From contig JAPETS010000001.1 of assembly GCA_026023565.1 (NCBI GenBank), positions 1,674,001 through 1,738,000 of the forward strand: a stretch of DNA of 64,000 nt. The letters are read 5' to 3'. This DNA comes from Cirrosporium novae-zelandiae. Its lineage: Eukaryota. Numbering within the stretch: position 1 is the stretch's first letter; each line of letters begins with the position of its first letter. The position numbers and the translations under genes are program-made. Below the pieces are notes generated by a model. It had not been told where the DNA came from and made no database searches. It saw only the letters and a list, made by a program, of their open reading frames with translations. This document shows positions 1 through 12,818 of this stretch, one piece after another.

Positions 1-162
1 GCGCGCTCGGCTTGATGACGACCCCAGCAATTGATTGGGTGATTCTGCGATACCTACGTCCCAGAGTCTTTTCAAGAGTTGAGTTAGATATCATGTAGAA
101 CTTTCATGGTGAAGGATGTACGTCAAAAGAGGCCGAGTTGGATAATTGAATTACCATAGATG

Positions 163-1925
163 TTAGATAAATGTGGGTAATATAGCGTTGGTGCTCATTG
201 CTACCGTCAGCTTCGACGTAAAATCAAGCTCTTGTTCCGTATGCAAGTCATCCTGGATCCAAGCGACCTCGATCATCTCCTGCACAGATATCAGGTTCCC
301 AACTTTGCGTTGTTGCTGTGTTTTGGATAAAATATCAATGATTTGGGATCTTTGGATATCATCTCGCGCTTCACAGCCAATTACGAATAGCGGAAATGGC
401 CTTTCACAAGTTTCTAGTTGAGAGAGTAGCATCATTGCATTATCGATAAGCTCCCTAACCTCGCATGATGAACTGGGATGTTTCTGAGCTGCCCTTTTGA
501 GGTAGACCAAGGTTGCTATACGGTAAAGCTCGGCAATCTTCTCACTTCGAGTTTGTTGTTCACCATCATGGACCTCCATCACCTGCCTCACGTTGATAAG
601 CCTCAACTCAAGCGACTTCATAGTACGTTCGTGCGTATCAGAAAAATACGACGGGTTAGCAGGGTCAAGAACTATATCGACTACTTGAGAGATGATATCA
701 AGAATTTCAAGTGAACAACCAAAAATCCCAATAATCTAGATCGGTCAGCTCATACCACAAATCGATCTCTAATAAAGCTTACCAATTCTTTATTTGGTGA
801 TAATGCTTGTCTGGATTTGATGCTATAATCGGAAACACAGGTAGATTGTGCTACAGTCCGTTGTTTCCAATGACGAAGGCTGAACTTGGATAAAGTATCA
901 TGGTAATAAACCCAATCCAAAAGAATGGCGGGGTCCCCAATATATATCTTATTCGAGGCATATACCGTCTTCACGATATTCTTTGCACCACACGCGTACC
1001 AAGTCCAAGTGGATGCCGAGTCGGAGTCGGTTGTATCAAATATCTTCCATGTGTATAAATACAGAGCCAGTTGTAAATTGCAAAGGTACGAACCTCATAA
1101 AGACACAACAGCATGCTAGCTGCGACTAGTTGCATTCCTTCCCTAATTCCTATATCATGCTTCATAGATTTCAAAAGAGCTGATAGTGCCTTTGTCTTGA
1201 ACGGTATCGCCCGGGACTGGCCATATAGCTTCAAGGATGATAGGGCGAGTATAGCTTGACGGACGGCGGTTGAGGATGGAGAATCATCCTTAAAGGCCAT
1301 TCTTGAAAGTAGACTGCCGAATGCAGTTGTTCGGCTATCGGGTGAGGTCAGCATATGTGAAATGACACTCTCATCTGCAACAAGTCATTAGTGTTCCGGT
1401 ACCAGTCAAGAGGACATCCTTACAGTACAATATCAGATTCTCTTCATGCCCGCCAAGTATTGAGAGATCCCGGGGTATGGGTTGCGGGAGGTTTCGAGGC
1501 TTCAAAGATGCCCATTTATCCAAGGTCGAGGCCGCTGCAGGTAAAATGTTTAGAGTCTGGCTAACCTGGGAGTCGGATATTCACATACTGCCAATTCCAA
1601 TGGTGGAGAGTTCATTATACAAGGCAATATCCCAAAACGATGAATTCAAGAACCGGAAGCCCGGGGTCCTGTTCGAACAGTCCACGGGAACCTTGACAAC
1701 CACAGCACGTCTCCGGTCGCCCTCATGTGGCCAGGAGAGGCGGAGACCATAACCTTGACATTTGCGCTTTGATCGAGCGCAATTTCCGCAACTTGGAAGG
1801 GCCTGATCGCAGCGAATTTTACGATCTATTGAGGAGCTCAGCTAGATGCAACAACAGATATATTTGTCATGGACCATCTTGCCTCTGCAGGTCCAGCATC
1901 CTTTACTCATTTTGGTAGACGGCAT
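163..1925 (-). CDS. Zn(II)2Cys6 transcription factor with Fungal_trans_2-like C-terminal domain (multi-exon)
   Basis: Manual splice: ATG at 1925 gives MPSTKMSKGCWTCR, then a GC-AG intron (1882-1826), then DRKIRCDQALPSCGNCARSKRKCQGYGLRLSWP, a complete six-Cys cluster. Downstream exons include ORFs 971-1354, 750-974 (LDWVYYHDTLSKFSLRHW) and 163-621 (ELYRIATLVYL...PLFVIGCEA). Confidence 0.85.
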
Positions 1926-2312
1926 CTTCGATGCGACTTGGTGATTAGTGTTTCAATTGGCGTATGATAGTGATTGTAGATTTCGTTCGTCGTGGTGAGT
2001 TGGAAGCTGGAGCTCTGGAGCTCTGGAGCCCATTAAGGTGTTTAGGTAATTATGAAACCAAAAATGACGTGACGATGCATATCAACAACGCCAAACATGA
2101 CAAACTCTACCAATTACCAATCCCTACCACACGCAAGCATGCTCATAATAACCATCAACCAACTTCCTGTATGACATTTACTGATCCATCATCCATCATC
2201 CATCATCCATATTACAAATATACCTTACACATACATAGCCCCCATAGAAATAACTAGCGGAAAATAAATAAAACAGGTAGCAACACCATCGATTGTAACT
2301 GAATGCATGGCC

Positions 2313-2337
2313 TTATCAATCCCTTATCGGAGGGCCG
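2313..2337. promoter_or_regulatory. Tandem GATA sites plus a CGG-N4-CCG triplet pair in the divergent TF/hydantoinase promoter
   Basis: TTATC at 2313 and 2324, followed by CGGAGGGCCG at 2328-2337. These are short motifs and the function is inferred. Confidence 0.3.
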
Positions 2338-2616
2338 ATGCGACACTTTACCTCCCCCCTCCTATCTCATCTCCCCACTAAAGAATTGGATATAGATATA
2401 GCCATATCCATAATCTGCTGCCTTTGAATTTATTTGTGAGATTCTTTTTAATGTTTTGATATTATTGGGATGTATAGGACCATACATACAATATTTTGTT
2501 GTTAAGAATTTAATAAAAGCTAGCTTGACTTTTGTTGGCTCCTCTGGTGGCTTCTCTGCTGCATAGTATATAGATGTACCCAGGATATATTTATATATAT
2601 TTTATGGTAAAGGGTT

Positions 2617-5600
2617 ATGGCGACCTCCTCAAAAACAAAGACGATTAGGATCGGAGTGGATGTTGGAGGTATGTATTGTTACCTACCTACCACCATCCCA
2701 AGCATAACCAAAGCACTAACAAACCAAAAGGCACCAACACCGATGCCGTGGTCATAAACCCCACCTCCGACGCCCACTCCACCCCGACCCGCGGTATCCT
2801 CGCCCATTCCAAAACCCCCACCACCGCCGAAGTAACAAACGGAATTGAAATTGCGGTTGGGAATGTGCTGGACCAGTCTGGAGTTCCCGTGGAGGAGATT
2901 GCGTGTGTTACTATTGGTACAAGTACGTTTAATGATAATAATAATAAATGGAGGAATGCATGGATTGATAAGCTTTTGGTTGATTTTGTTTAGCACATTT
3001 CATCAATGCGGTTATCGAACAAGACGCGAGACGGCTGAAGAAGGTTGCCATTATCCGACTGTCCAAATCATTTTTGAGGGAGATTCCTCCGTTTTCCGAA
3101 TTTCCGGTCGGGCTGAAGAGTATCATAAACGGCTACTGTGGGTATGTGGATGGAGGTCTCGCGATCGACGGCTCCCAGGAAGCCCCCGTCGTTGAATCCC
3201 AGGTCGTGCGCGAGTGCCAGGAAATAAAGGCCCGTGGTCTTAAAGCCGTTGTCATCGCTGGGATTTTCTCACCTATCGATGAGATATTTGGACAAGAGAA
3301 AAAAGTACGAGAGATTGTGTTGAGGGAGTTACCCGGTGTTGATGTGGTATGTTCGCACGAGGTTGCGAATATTGGGTTCATGGAGCGTGAAAATGCGGCG
3401 ATCCTCAACGCATCGATCTTGCAGTTTGGAAGGAGGACTGTGAGGGGATTTCGGGAAGCGATGAGGAGGCTGAAGCTGAACTGTGGATTGTATATCACGC
3501 AGAATGATGGGACGCTGATTGATGCTGCATCTGCGGCCGCGAAGCCGATTGTTACGTTTTGTTCTGGGGCCACGAATTCGATGCGCGGGGCGGCGTATCT
3601 AGCAGGAGCCACGTTGAAGGGGCAGGCGGCTATTGTGGTTGATATTGGGGGCACGACAAGTGATTGCGGGGTGCTGTTGGCTTCGGGGTTTCCAAGGCAG
3701 GCTTCAGCTTATGTGCGTGTGGCTGGCGTCAAGGTTAATTATAGTATGCCCCTTGTGAACTCGATTGGGTTGGGAGGTGGGTCAATAGTGAGGGAAGAGA
3801 ACGGCAAAGTTGATGTTGGGCCAGATTCTGTAGGACTCAACCTTATAACTGAAGCCAAGGTGTTCGGAGGAAAGGTATTGACCGCGACAGATATTGCGGT
3901 GGCTGGAAAGAAGGCAGAGATTGGTGATTCTAAGCTGGTTACAGATGTTGGCCCTACGACCATAGAGAAAGCGCAGCAGCGGATAAAGGAGATGCTGGAA
4001 GGGGTTGTAGATTTGTGCAAGACTTCTCCAGAGCCTGTTCCGGTGCTTCTGGTTGGTGGTGGATCGGTCATCGCTCCAGAAACCTTAAAGGGTGCCTCCT
4101 CGTTTATATGTCCCCCATATCACGATGTAGCCAACGCCGTCGGAGCTGCAGTCAGCAAGGTTGGCGGCACGGTTGATATTGTTCAGAACACGTCTCAACA
4201 GACTGTACAGGAAGCAACCGAACATGCCAAAGACCTAGCCAGGCAGCGAGCTCTGCAGGCTGGGGCGATCGCAGACACTGTTATAATTGCTGAAGTGGAC
4301 TCGATGCCGCTTCAGTACGTAGCAAATCAAGTGAGGACAGTGGTCAAGGCAGTAGGGGAATTGGATGTCACCTCGATGGCTTCTCAGAATGCCCTCAAGG
4401 ATGATGTTGATGATGAAACTGCCGAGGAAGAGGCAAAAGACTTTACTGTGAAGATTATGGACGAGCCTCCTGTCGATCCTATCAGCTATCGACCGCGTAT
4501 TGAGACGAATGAAGCCACCGGTATCAACGAGTGGCTTGTCAGCGAAACAGATCTGGAATGGCTGGCAGAAGGATGCTACGTTCTTGGATGTGCAGGAGGA
4601 GGCTCACCGGCAGCAACGAGGATCCAGCTGCGAGATCAACTGAGAGCAGGATACAAACTGCGGATTATCGACGTATCTTCGTTAGCTGAGGATGCACATA
4701 TTTACTGGGGCGGTAAGTGATCATACCCCTAGGAGGGTTTCATCGATCCTCCTATCAGGAGATCAGGCCGGTGTTTGATTTTGGGGTTCAAGATTCTCCA
4801 TGCTGACGGGTAAATCCTCCTTAGGCCACATGGGAAGCCCTGCTGTAAGCAACGAACGTCTCAACGCCACCGAAACCATCCAGGCAGTCACGGCGCTGAT
4901 GGAATATTTCCGCGAGGACTCCTTCGATGCCGTCATGGGCCTGGAGATTGGAGGGTCAAACGGACTCGAACCCTTACTTTGCGGTTCTACTAAATTCTTC
5001 AATCGCCCTGTTCTGGATGCAGACTGGATGGGCAGGGCTTATCCAACATACTGGCAAACCAGCCTCGCAGTTCATTGTCCTGGAGAGCTTGTACCCTGCG
5101 CCATCGATAGCGGAGACGGAAAATCCATTATCATGACCCGAGCTCCTAATGACGAAATAGTTGACCGAGCTCTGAGAGCAAGCTGTGCGGAGATGGGGTC
5201 CCGAGTTGGCATGGCGGCAAAGCCGACAACCACAGACAAGGTAAAAAAGTTTAGTATCTTGAACACTTCATCGCTTGCCTGGAGGATAGGTCGGTGCATT
5301 GCCATCGCCGAAGCAAGCAACACGCTATCACGCGTTTGTGAAGCCATCGTGGATGAAGTTGGTGGAGAGACGACGTCAAAAATCCTCTTCCGCGGGAAGA
5401 TCATTGCGGTGGAACGACGACTCTTTAAGGGACACTCCTATGGAGAAATCATAATCGGGGGTTTAGCGACGGAAGAGGAAGACGGTCCTGCTGATATGAT
5501 GCCCGCCGTAGCGACAGGGGGCACCATGAAAGTACCTTTTAAGAACGAAAACCTCTACGCCGAACACACCTCCGAAGACGGCGAAAAGACCATGATTGCC

Positions 5601-5840
5601 ACTGTCCCCGACCTGATCGCTGTCCTCGATACGCAGTCTGGTAGGGCATTGGGTGTCCCGGAGTTCAGATATGGACTCAGAGTCACTGTTCTCGGCATTG
5701 CGTGCTCGCCCCAGTGGAATAGTACCCAGGCGGGTATTGACATCGGGGGGCCTAAAGCGTTTGGATATGACATTGAGTATAAGCCTTTTGGGGTTTATGT
5801 GAAACCTAGGAGCGTTATCGAGGAGTATGCACCGTCATGA
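2617..5840 (+). CDS. Hydantoinase/oxoprolinase A-family protein fused to a C-terminal DUF917-type domain
   Basis: Exon 1 MATSSKTKTIRIGVDVG splices to GTNTDAVV. Other motifs are IGTTHFINA, DIGGTTSD, SIGLGGGS and VANAVGAA. The C-terminal part has GCAGGGSP, EIGGSNGL, DADWMGRAYP, FKNENL and VPDLI. Three introns at about 2669-2730, 2919-2993 and 4713-4824. Confidence 0.88.
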
Positions 5841-7291
5841 GGTTTCATGGTCTATTTCATGCAGATAGAATGCCAAGGTAGTCATCTTAAGAAAGTAAAC
5901 AATCCTATTCATTTATCAGCATCTCTTGCAAGGGGGTCTCAGGTGATGAGCTGCTTAATGGACAGTTTCTGAATAGACGTGTGATATCTAATATTATCAG
6001 ATGAATCTGAATCCTGTAACAGCAACTCCTAACTTTCAACGCGGGAACTGATAAACTTCAACTTGGTATCCTGCCTTGGACTCTAATTTGGAGTCCATGA
6101 CTGAATCCATGACTGAATAGAACGATACTCCATTCCGTGACACACATCATTCGCCAATTCCATCTCCAACCGTCCCCCTCACAATTGTATATTCACCAAT
6201 GGGGCCCCATTCACCAGAAAAGCGATACATGCCACACATGCTGCGTAGCAACCCAATGCAAGGGGCGATACTTTCATAGCCTTGGTTAATACTCTTTTCC
6301 CGGACTAGCAGGACGTGATCGACGCAGACTTCTTGCAAGTGCTTTAGGCGATGATGATATGGATCATTAAAGAGCTTGGTGAGATACGAATGGAGGGTGG
6401 CTCTATTAACAAGGCAAGCTATGTTTGTTGAAAGGGACGAGTGGGGCTGGATGGTTGAAATTAAAAGGCTGCTGGAAGATAGAGACTGCAATGCTATCTT
6501 ATGTGCGGGTTTTAAAACCAAAAGTTTGCCCCTAGCCAACGATGTATCTGGGGTTATGATTTCTTGGTAAAATACTTGATTGCTATCTCTGTTAGCCCTC
6601 CAAGGCATTGTGTACTATTCTTACACCCCCTCGTCGTTACTGGCTTGGGTTCGTATCCCCCTTTGCGCCTTCCCTCGTAACGTGTGGTATGAGGTTGAAA
6701 TAACAGCCCGACGGCCTGATTGCGTAAGTTTGAAGTGACTTTGGCCAACAAAATACCAAACATGATTCAGTTTCGTCAAACAGGAGGGGAAAACGTGTTA
6801 TTATACGCTGATATATGGACTATATCCACTTGTATTTGGAAGGAGAAAACAAAGTGGGTGAATTTTGATTGGTCTCGCTTTGTGGAAAATGTGAATTGAG
6901 CGTTGATATAAATCTCTTTGCAATGATTAGAAGGATTGGAAACATGCGTTAAAGTGGCAAATCACAAAAGCCGGACGCTCGCCTGCGCCCCAAGCTCCAC
7001 GAGAGCTGTGTAGTCTCTACTACCGTCTCCCATTCAGCTATTCTCAAAAATGTAGGGGCTCTGATCTTTGAAATTAGGTTAGTCATCGAGGATTATGTAT
7101 ATCGAATTTCCATACCTCATGTAGCGCTTATCTGGCATTTCCAAAGCCGATTGCATTCAATTTACATGTCGGGATACGCTTAAACAATGAACCCGTCGCT
7201 CAGTTTGTATAATTCGATATCTTGTAATTAATGATTATGCATTTGCATGTCGGAGGGATAGTATCCATTCTTTTCCCAAGCTATGCGGCTC

Positions 7292-8058
7292 TTATGGCTC
7301 TTCCTCTAGATCTTCAATTTTCGGTTTCTGTTTCGGTGTTTGCTTTCCCATGAGTTTTCCAAGCACATCTTGCTGGTTGTCATCACTTTCACTGTAATCA
7401 TGCTCGTTGTCTCCCATTTCCTCGTCGCCTGCATCGGAATCGGACGCTGTGAATTTGACTTGGCCGTCGTGGTTGTTTCGCTTCTCTTCAAAAACTCCTA
7501 AGCCTAGATCCTATTGATGGATTAGTAATGCAGCGGCAACTTGAAGAAAGACTTGACGCTAACCAATTCAATATATCTCCCGTCGGTATCGTCTTCTTCC
7601 AATTCCATATTGTAATCAGCCACTGGGGCTGTCTTTATCATGCCGAGAAAATTCCTCAGTCGCATTTGGAGGTCTGGTTGTTCATTGCTGGACGTAGGAT
7701 TCTGTGGCATGTGAACACTTGCTTCTGATGTTTCATCAACGTCATCATCGTCATTATCCTCTTCACTCGACGTTTCATCTTCAGAGTCACTGCTAGAGGA
7801 AGAGCTACCATCATCGCCAGAAGAGGTTTCAAGTTCACTTGAGAATTCATTAGGATCGGATTCGGAACCTGTATCAGGCCCAGACGACTCCTCTTCAGAG
7901 GAAGAAGAAGACGAGGAAGAGGTGGTGAGATCGGGATCCATCACATCAGGTATGGTTTCAAGTTCAGCATCGGAGGTTTTGGGTTTTTTGGGAGCCGATG
8001 GGCCTTGAGCGACAGAAACCTCAGTCGAAGAACGCTTTCTGAGAGTTGATGAAGCCAT
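7292..8058 (-). CDS. Acidic Ser/Glu/Asp-rich protein, DUF4598/NOPCHAP1-like (2 exons)
   Basis: N-terminal basic NLS-like segments (RKRSS, PKKPK) and an acidic tract, then LQMRLRNFLGMIK...YIEL spliced to DLGLGVFEEK...DVLGKLMGK...KPKIEDLEEEP* (stop 7294-7292). Confidence 0.7.
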
Positions 8059-8546
8059 ATTGTGTTATAATTAGTCTAGTGATGCTAGATTATGTTGAGA
8101 TGAAGGTTAATTAGTTAGATGGTTAGATAGCTGTTTGATTGTGCAAACTCCACATCCAGTTGCTTAGAGCTTTTGATGTCCCGTCGGTTATACTTTATTT
8201 CAATTAACTCTACTTTACTTGGCAGGGCGAACCTGGCCTTGGTGATACACTGTAATTGACATTGAAATGAAGCCATTTATTTCCATTCAACATGGACCGT
8301 CATTATAACCAATTTCTTGATGAGTCTTGACATATTTTCACTTTGGACAGTCTTTTGTTACTCTCTGGAGCCAAGAAGGACGGATCCTGACGCCACTCGA
8401 CTTCAAAAGCTTGGTTGTTCTTGGTTTGGTTGGTATGAAATTTGGTATGATTCTTTGAAAGCTTGATTCAACTAGCTAAATATTGTGTATCGTCATATGC
8501 ATCATCTATCCAGGTCTCGTCCATTGTCCATCTGTCTAAAACACGG

Positions 8547-8582
8547 CTTCTTCTTCTTCTTCTTCTTCTTCTTCTTCTTCTT
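8547..8582. repeat. (CTT)12 microsatellite
   Basis: Read directly; lies just 3' of the small Cys-tail gene. Confidence 0.95.
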
Positions 8583-8626
8583 CGTCCATCCCAATGTCAT
8601 TGATATCATGTCGTGTGAGTAATTAA

Positions 8627-8942
8627 TTAACAGCAGCCTTCGGAGCATCCACATCCACAGCAGTCGCATGCAGCGAATTCTCCACTTTTATTCAAGTTAT
8701 TATTTTTTATCCCATGACGTAGGAATCATTGGTTGTTCTTACCCGCGAGCACTGGCTTGCTGGCCCATGTCAGGTTGGAGTCTCTGTGAATAGTTAGCAT
8801 TTGGTTCATCAAATGAGACATGACATGTAAAACATACAGGTTGTTCGGATACTTCGCTAGTAGTATTCATCGTGTCTTGAAGTTGAGGTTGGTCACGAAC
8901 TTGAGAGTTAAGCTCAACGTCTTGTTGCTGTTGTGCAGGCAT
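8627..8942 (-). CDS. 67-aa Gln-rich micro-protein ending in ARGG plus a Cys-rich tail (3 exons)
   Basis: Two GT-AG introns (GTATGT...GCTAAC...CAG and GTAAGA...AAG) join MPAQQQQ...SEQP | RLQPDMGQQASARG | GEFAACDCCGCGCSEGCC*. Confidence 0.75.
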
Positions 8943-9321
8943 GATGAAAGTTCAATGAGAGAAATAGGTGATAGTAGAAAGTAAGCTGACAGTAATCGAT
9001 AATCAATAGGGTGATGATAATGGATTGTTGGAATGTTTAAAGGATAGGAAGCATCTGGGGGTGGTAGCTGATTTAAATATGTAGGCGTCCTTGGTCTATC
9101 CCCGAATGATGGGCTAGGGAGATATCCAGGTTTGTAGGAAGGTAATGATCAAGCCAGCCACTGGGACTACTGGAACTACCTGAATCCAGCTTGATGTGGA
9201 CAGGTGGCTTGCATTAGTTAGTGAAGACTATGAAAATACGAAGTTATTCCGTCTCAACCGCCTCATCACCCTTCCACCAAACCTGCCCTGGTCCTTGCTG
9301 GATCTTGCCCGACCTCGACTG

Positions 9322-9450
9322 CACTTGGCTACACTTGGCTACACTTGGCTACAACTTGGCTATGCTCGACGAAACAGCCCTATCGATAACGCTGACTTGT
9401 CCACCGTCCACCGTCCACCGTCCACCATCCATCATCCATCATCCATCATC
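9322..9450. repeat. Short tandem repeats: (CACTTGGCTA)~4, (GTCCACC)~3, (CCAT/CATC)n
   Basis: Read directly, in the region upstream of the micro-protein gene. Confidence 0.8.
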
Positions 9451-10369
9451 CACCAACAACACCACGTTTAACGTATATGAAGCAGCCTTTACAGAAATCT
9501 GACCGCTCCTCCCATTTCCCGTCTTCTGACCTTAAAGTAAAGCCCATTGCCCCTTTTCCTTTTCCAGTCATCTCATTGGCCAATAACACTAGGTCTATGT
9601 CATCTGCTAGCTTATGCAAATATTGATTACCTTCCCAGGAACTATGTGAATAACTTTTCTCACGCACTTATAGTTGGCATGTTCCCTCTGCTGGAGGCAC
9701 CGCCACCAACAATATCTTTACGTTTCCCTTTTCCAGGAACCCATTTGGGCATGCAATGCAAATTCTCGCCATTTCTAGCCTGTACTACATGCCTCGACAT
9801 GACGTGTTTACAAAGGATGACGTTGTTAACCTTTGCTCTTCAGAGTTTAACTTACCTTTAACTAGCAACCCGGCTATCCGTGCCTGTCAGGTACAACGAA
9901 AGGTAATTAAATAACTAATACAAAATGGTATGCATTGTTGCGTCTAAATCTAAAAAATTATTCAAGGCATATTTTTCTTTTATATGACAATGTGACATTA
10001 AATAATCCGGTTGCGCCGGTGGTACCTTTTTTGGCTGAGGGCTCCGTTAGGCAGAGTGAGCATCTCAAGGGTTTGAGGTGTTTGCTTTGAGGATATTAGG
10101 ATCGCAGGCATCTGCTTTCCTGTTTGAGGTTGAAGGAATCATAGCTCGTTTAATATGCAACGGCATAAGTCGACGTCTGAGTTCGATCGTACTGTAGGTG
10201 CTTGCTTGGTATGCTTGCTGGACCGAAGACATTGGACCGAGCATGGCGGACTCGGACTCACTCCTTCTAGGTTTCGAATAGCCGATTGCTTTTCAGGATC
10301 CTATGACATGACATCATGTCTCTGCTCCTCAACAAGTCATAGTCGGCAGTAGCAAGATAGACCCTAATG

Positions 10370-12334
10370 TCATTCCAGCCCCCTCCTTAAAGCCCGATCC
10401 ATCCTCTCGTTCCCACCTCCGTATTCCATTAGACTCCCATCACTCCTGCTACTCTCCGAATCCGAACCCCTCCTCCTAGGCTCCCCATCCAAAAGGGGTT
10501 CATACTCCCGTCGCACAATATCCACAACATTCGAATCCGCATCCAACTTATCCGCCTCAATCAAATCCACATTCTGAACCAACATCAACAAGAAAAACGG
10601 AAAACATGCCACTACTAGCGACACAATCAACATCATATGCATAACCTCATCGTAGGCTTTAGCGATGGCAACACGCTCGGGGCTTCCAGGAGGATAAGAG
10701 AGCGCTACGAGGATGGAGTCACGGATTTTTGGAACGAGATGGCGGGATTCTGCAGGAAGGTATTTAGTGAGGAGGGGGGGTAGTTGGTGTGACCAGATTG
10801 CACCGGAGATGGCGTCACCAACTGCACCGCCGACGGAAGATAATGTTGCTTGAAGAGCGGTGGCGGCGGCGACATCTGCGGGGGGTTAGGGCATAAAAAT
10901 GAAGAGAGAAGTCGGGATAGAAAACTAACCCTGACGAGGAACCGTTGCTTGGAGACCTGTCAAATTTGTGGTCATGATTCCGCCAACACCCATTCCCATC
11001 ACCATCTGTGCTATGACAAGCTGAACGGTACTACTGGTGACCTTGCGAAAAGACAACATGAGGATGCCCCCTAAAATCTTCATCACACCTCCCATCAATG
11101 CGAATTTCTTGAACCTTCCGGTGCGCTTGGCCGCAAATCCGACCACAAGGCCGACGATGGTAGATGTGAACGTCTGCGCCAAAGTAATGTTATTCGCGGC
11201 TTCGACGGCAAAGTTCTGCGCCACGAGCAGATAAGAGAAGAAGTATGGTTGGTAGATATAAAAGGAGCAGAACACGCAGAAACTAACACCACAGGAGGCG
11301 GCTACGGAGGTGCTTTTTGCGAGCTGGAAAGACAATACGGGGTGCTTGGCCATGTGAAGTTCGTAAATTGGGAAAGCAATGACGCTGACAATGCCAGTGA
11401 TAAGCATCGCAAGGACAGAGGGGGAGGTCCATCTATCTATATAGCGAGCTGACACGGAGATGGGTATTAATATTAGGGTCAAGCCGCCTGTGAAGAGACT
11501 TAGACCGATGGCGTCGAACCTGGAGATCATGGCTTTGAAGGATCGAGGTGTTGTCCTGCGCTTTGGAGTCGTGACCATTGTTTCACGGCTCTTTCTCCAA
11601 AGCGCTATCAGGAGGGGAAGCGATATCAACGGTACGATAACAGCCCTGTAAGGTCGGATATTAGGGGAGTTCAATAGCGACTGGGCTGATGTACGTACCA
11701 CATGGCATAGCCTCTAAAAACAGTTAGTGTTTCATTTCCACATATCCAAAATTTCAGTCGATGTTACTCACAACCTCCAATGATCTGGCACCAACTTTGC
11801 GACAATGATGCTTCCCAACCATGTAGTAAATAAGAATGGGCTCATAAGCATCGCATTTCCCAGTGTGCGGTTCTCAAGGCTTGTCGTGTCGGCAATGAAG
11901 ATTGTCTCCATGAACTGCAACCCGACCTGACCGAGGGTATAGGAAATCTGGCCGGCGCTGAAGGTCATGGCGTTGGGAGAGGATGCCAAGATAATGAAAC
12001 CGATGGTGATGATGACTGTGAAAACGGCAAAAGAAAGGAGGCGGCCATAGAGGTCGGCAAAACGGGCGACGGGAGCTTTGCCTACTGCGTAGCTGGAGTT
12101 GGATGATGTTAGCGGATATTGGAAAAGCTAGCCTTGATGACTATGGAATGCTGGTACATACACGATGTTCTGAATCGTCGTGACCGTTCCTAGCATAGAG
12201 TGTGCATCAAAAAAAGAGATGGCATAGGATTGAAAAGAAAAAACAGTTTGAGCGTCGAACGAGAGCGCCGTAGCCAAAAGATAGAGACCGATCCATATTG
12301 TGTATATATTCCACGATTCCTTAGAAGAAGACAT
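10370..12334 (-). CDS. Siderophore-iron transporter, MFS SIT/ARN (MirA/MirB-like), multi-exon
   Basis: Motifs SYAISFFDAHSMLGTVTTIQNI, ARFADLYGR, FIADTTSLENR, FDAIGLSLF, YIYQPYFFSYL, AISGAIW and YPPGSPERVAIAKAYDEVM. Located directly downstream of the NRPS. Confidence 0.88.
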
Positions 12335-12809
12335 CTTTGAACGTGAAAAACCGCTTTACTCTCTCGTTAAGGGAGGGAGAGAGAGAGTAAAGTGGTGGTG
12401 TAATTTCGGCTGGAGGTAATAACAAAAAGCAAAAGAGAGATGTGATAAGAGACATAATTCAGAAGTCATAGCGAAGAAGTATGTTTAAAGGATGCGAGAC
12501 GATAATAGTAGGCTTCTAAGCCTAGGTGGAAGTGGGTCTTTTTTGAGAAGCCTTTCGGATCATGTTCTTTGGAGGAGGTGACATCAGAATTGGTAAGGAA
12601 AGGTTGTAATAAATTACTGAGATTACCGCGGTTAAGAGGTTAAGATGCTAATGAATATCGATGGCTTTAAGGGAAAGGAGGAAGGAAGTAGTTAGGTGTG
12701 TATTGTGTATACTATGTATGGAACGGTGTTACATCCCCCTAGGAGCTGGTGAGATGTGAATTGATTGGAATGATGGCCGTCGTTCGCAATCACACGGCAT
12801 GGTCGGATC

Positions 12810-12818
12810 ATCTGATAA
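12810..12818 (+). promoter_or_regulatory. SreA-type iron-repression GATA box ATCTGATAA upstream of the SIT gene
   Basis: Exact match to the ATCWGATAA consensus about 480 bp upstream of the SIT ATG. Confidence 0.6.

Noticed and set aside
5943..6051. GTGATGA...CTGA pattern suggestive of a C/D-box snoRNA, plus an ATCWGATAA match at 5994
   Set aside because: I could not identify a terminal stem or an rRNA-complementary guide. The GATA box lies downstream of a gene and may be a chance match.
6147..6763. 153-aa and neighbouring ORFs between the hydantoinase and DUF4598-like genes
   Set aside because: No recognisable motifs or convincing splice structure; treated as spurious.
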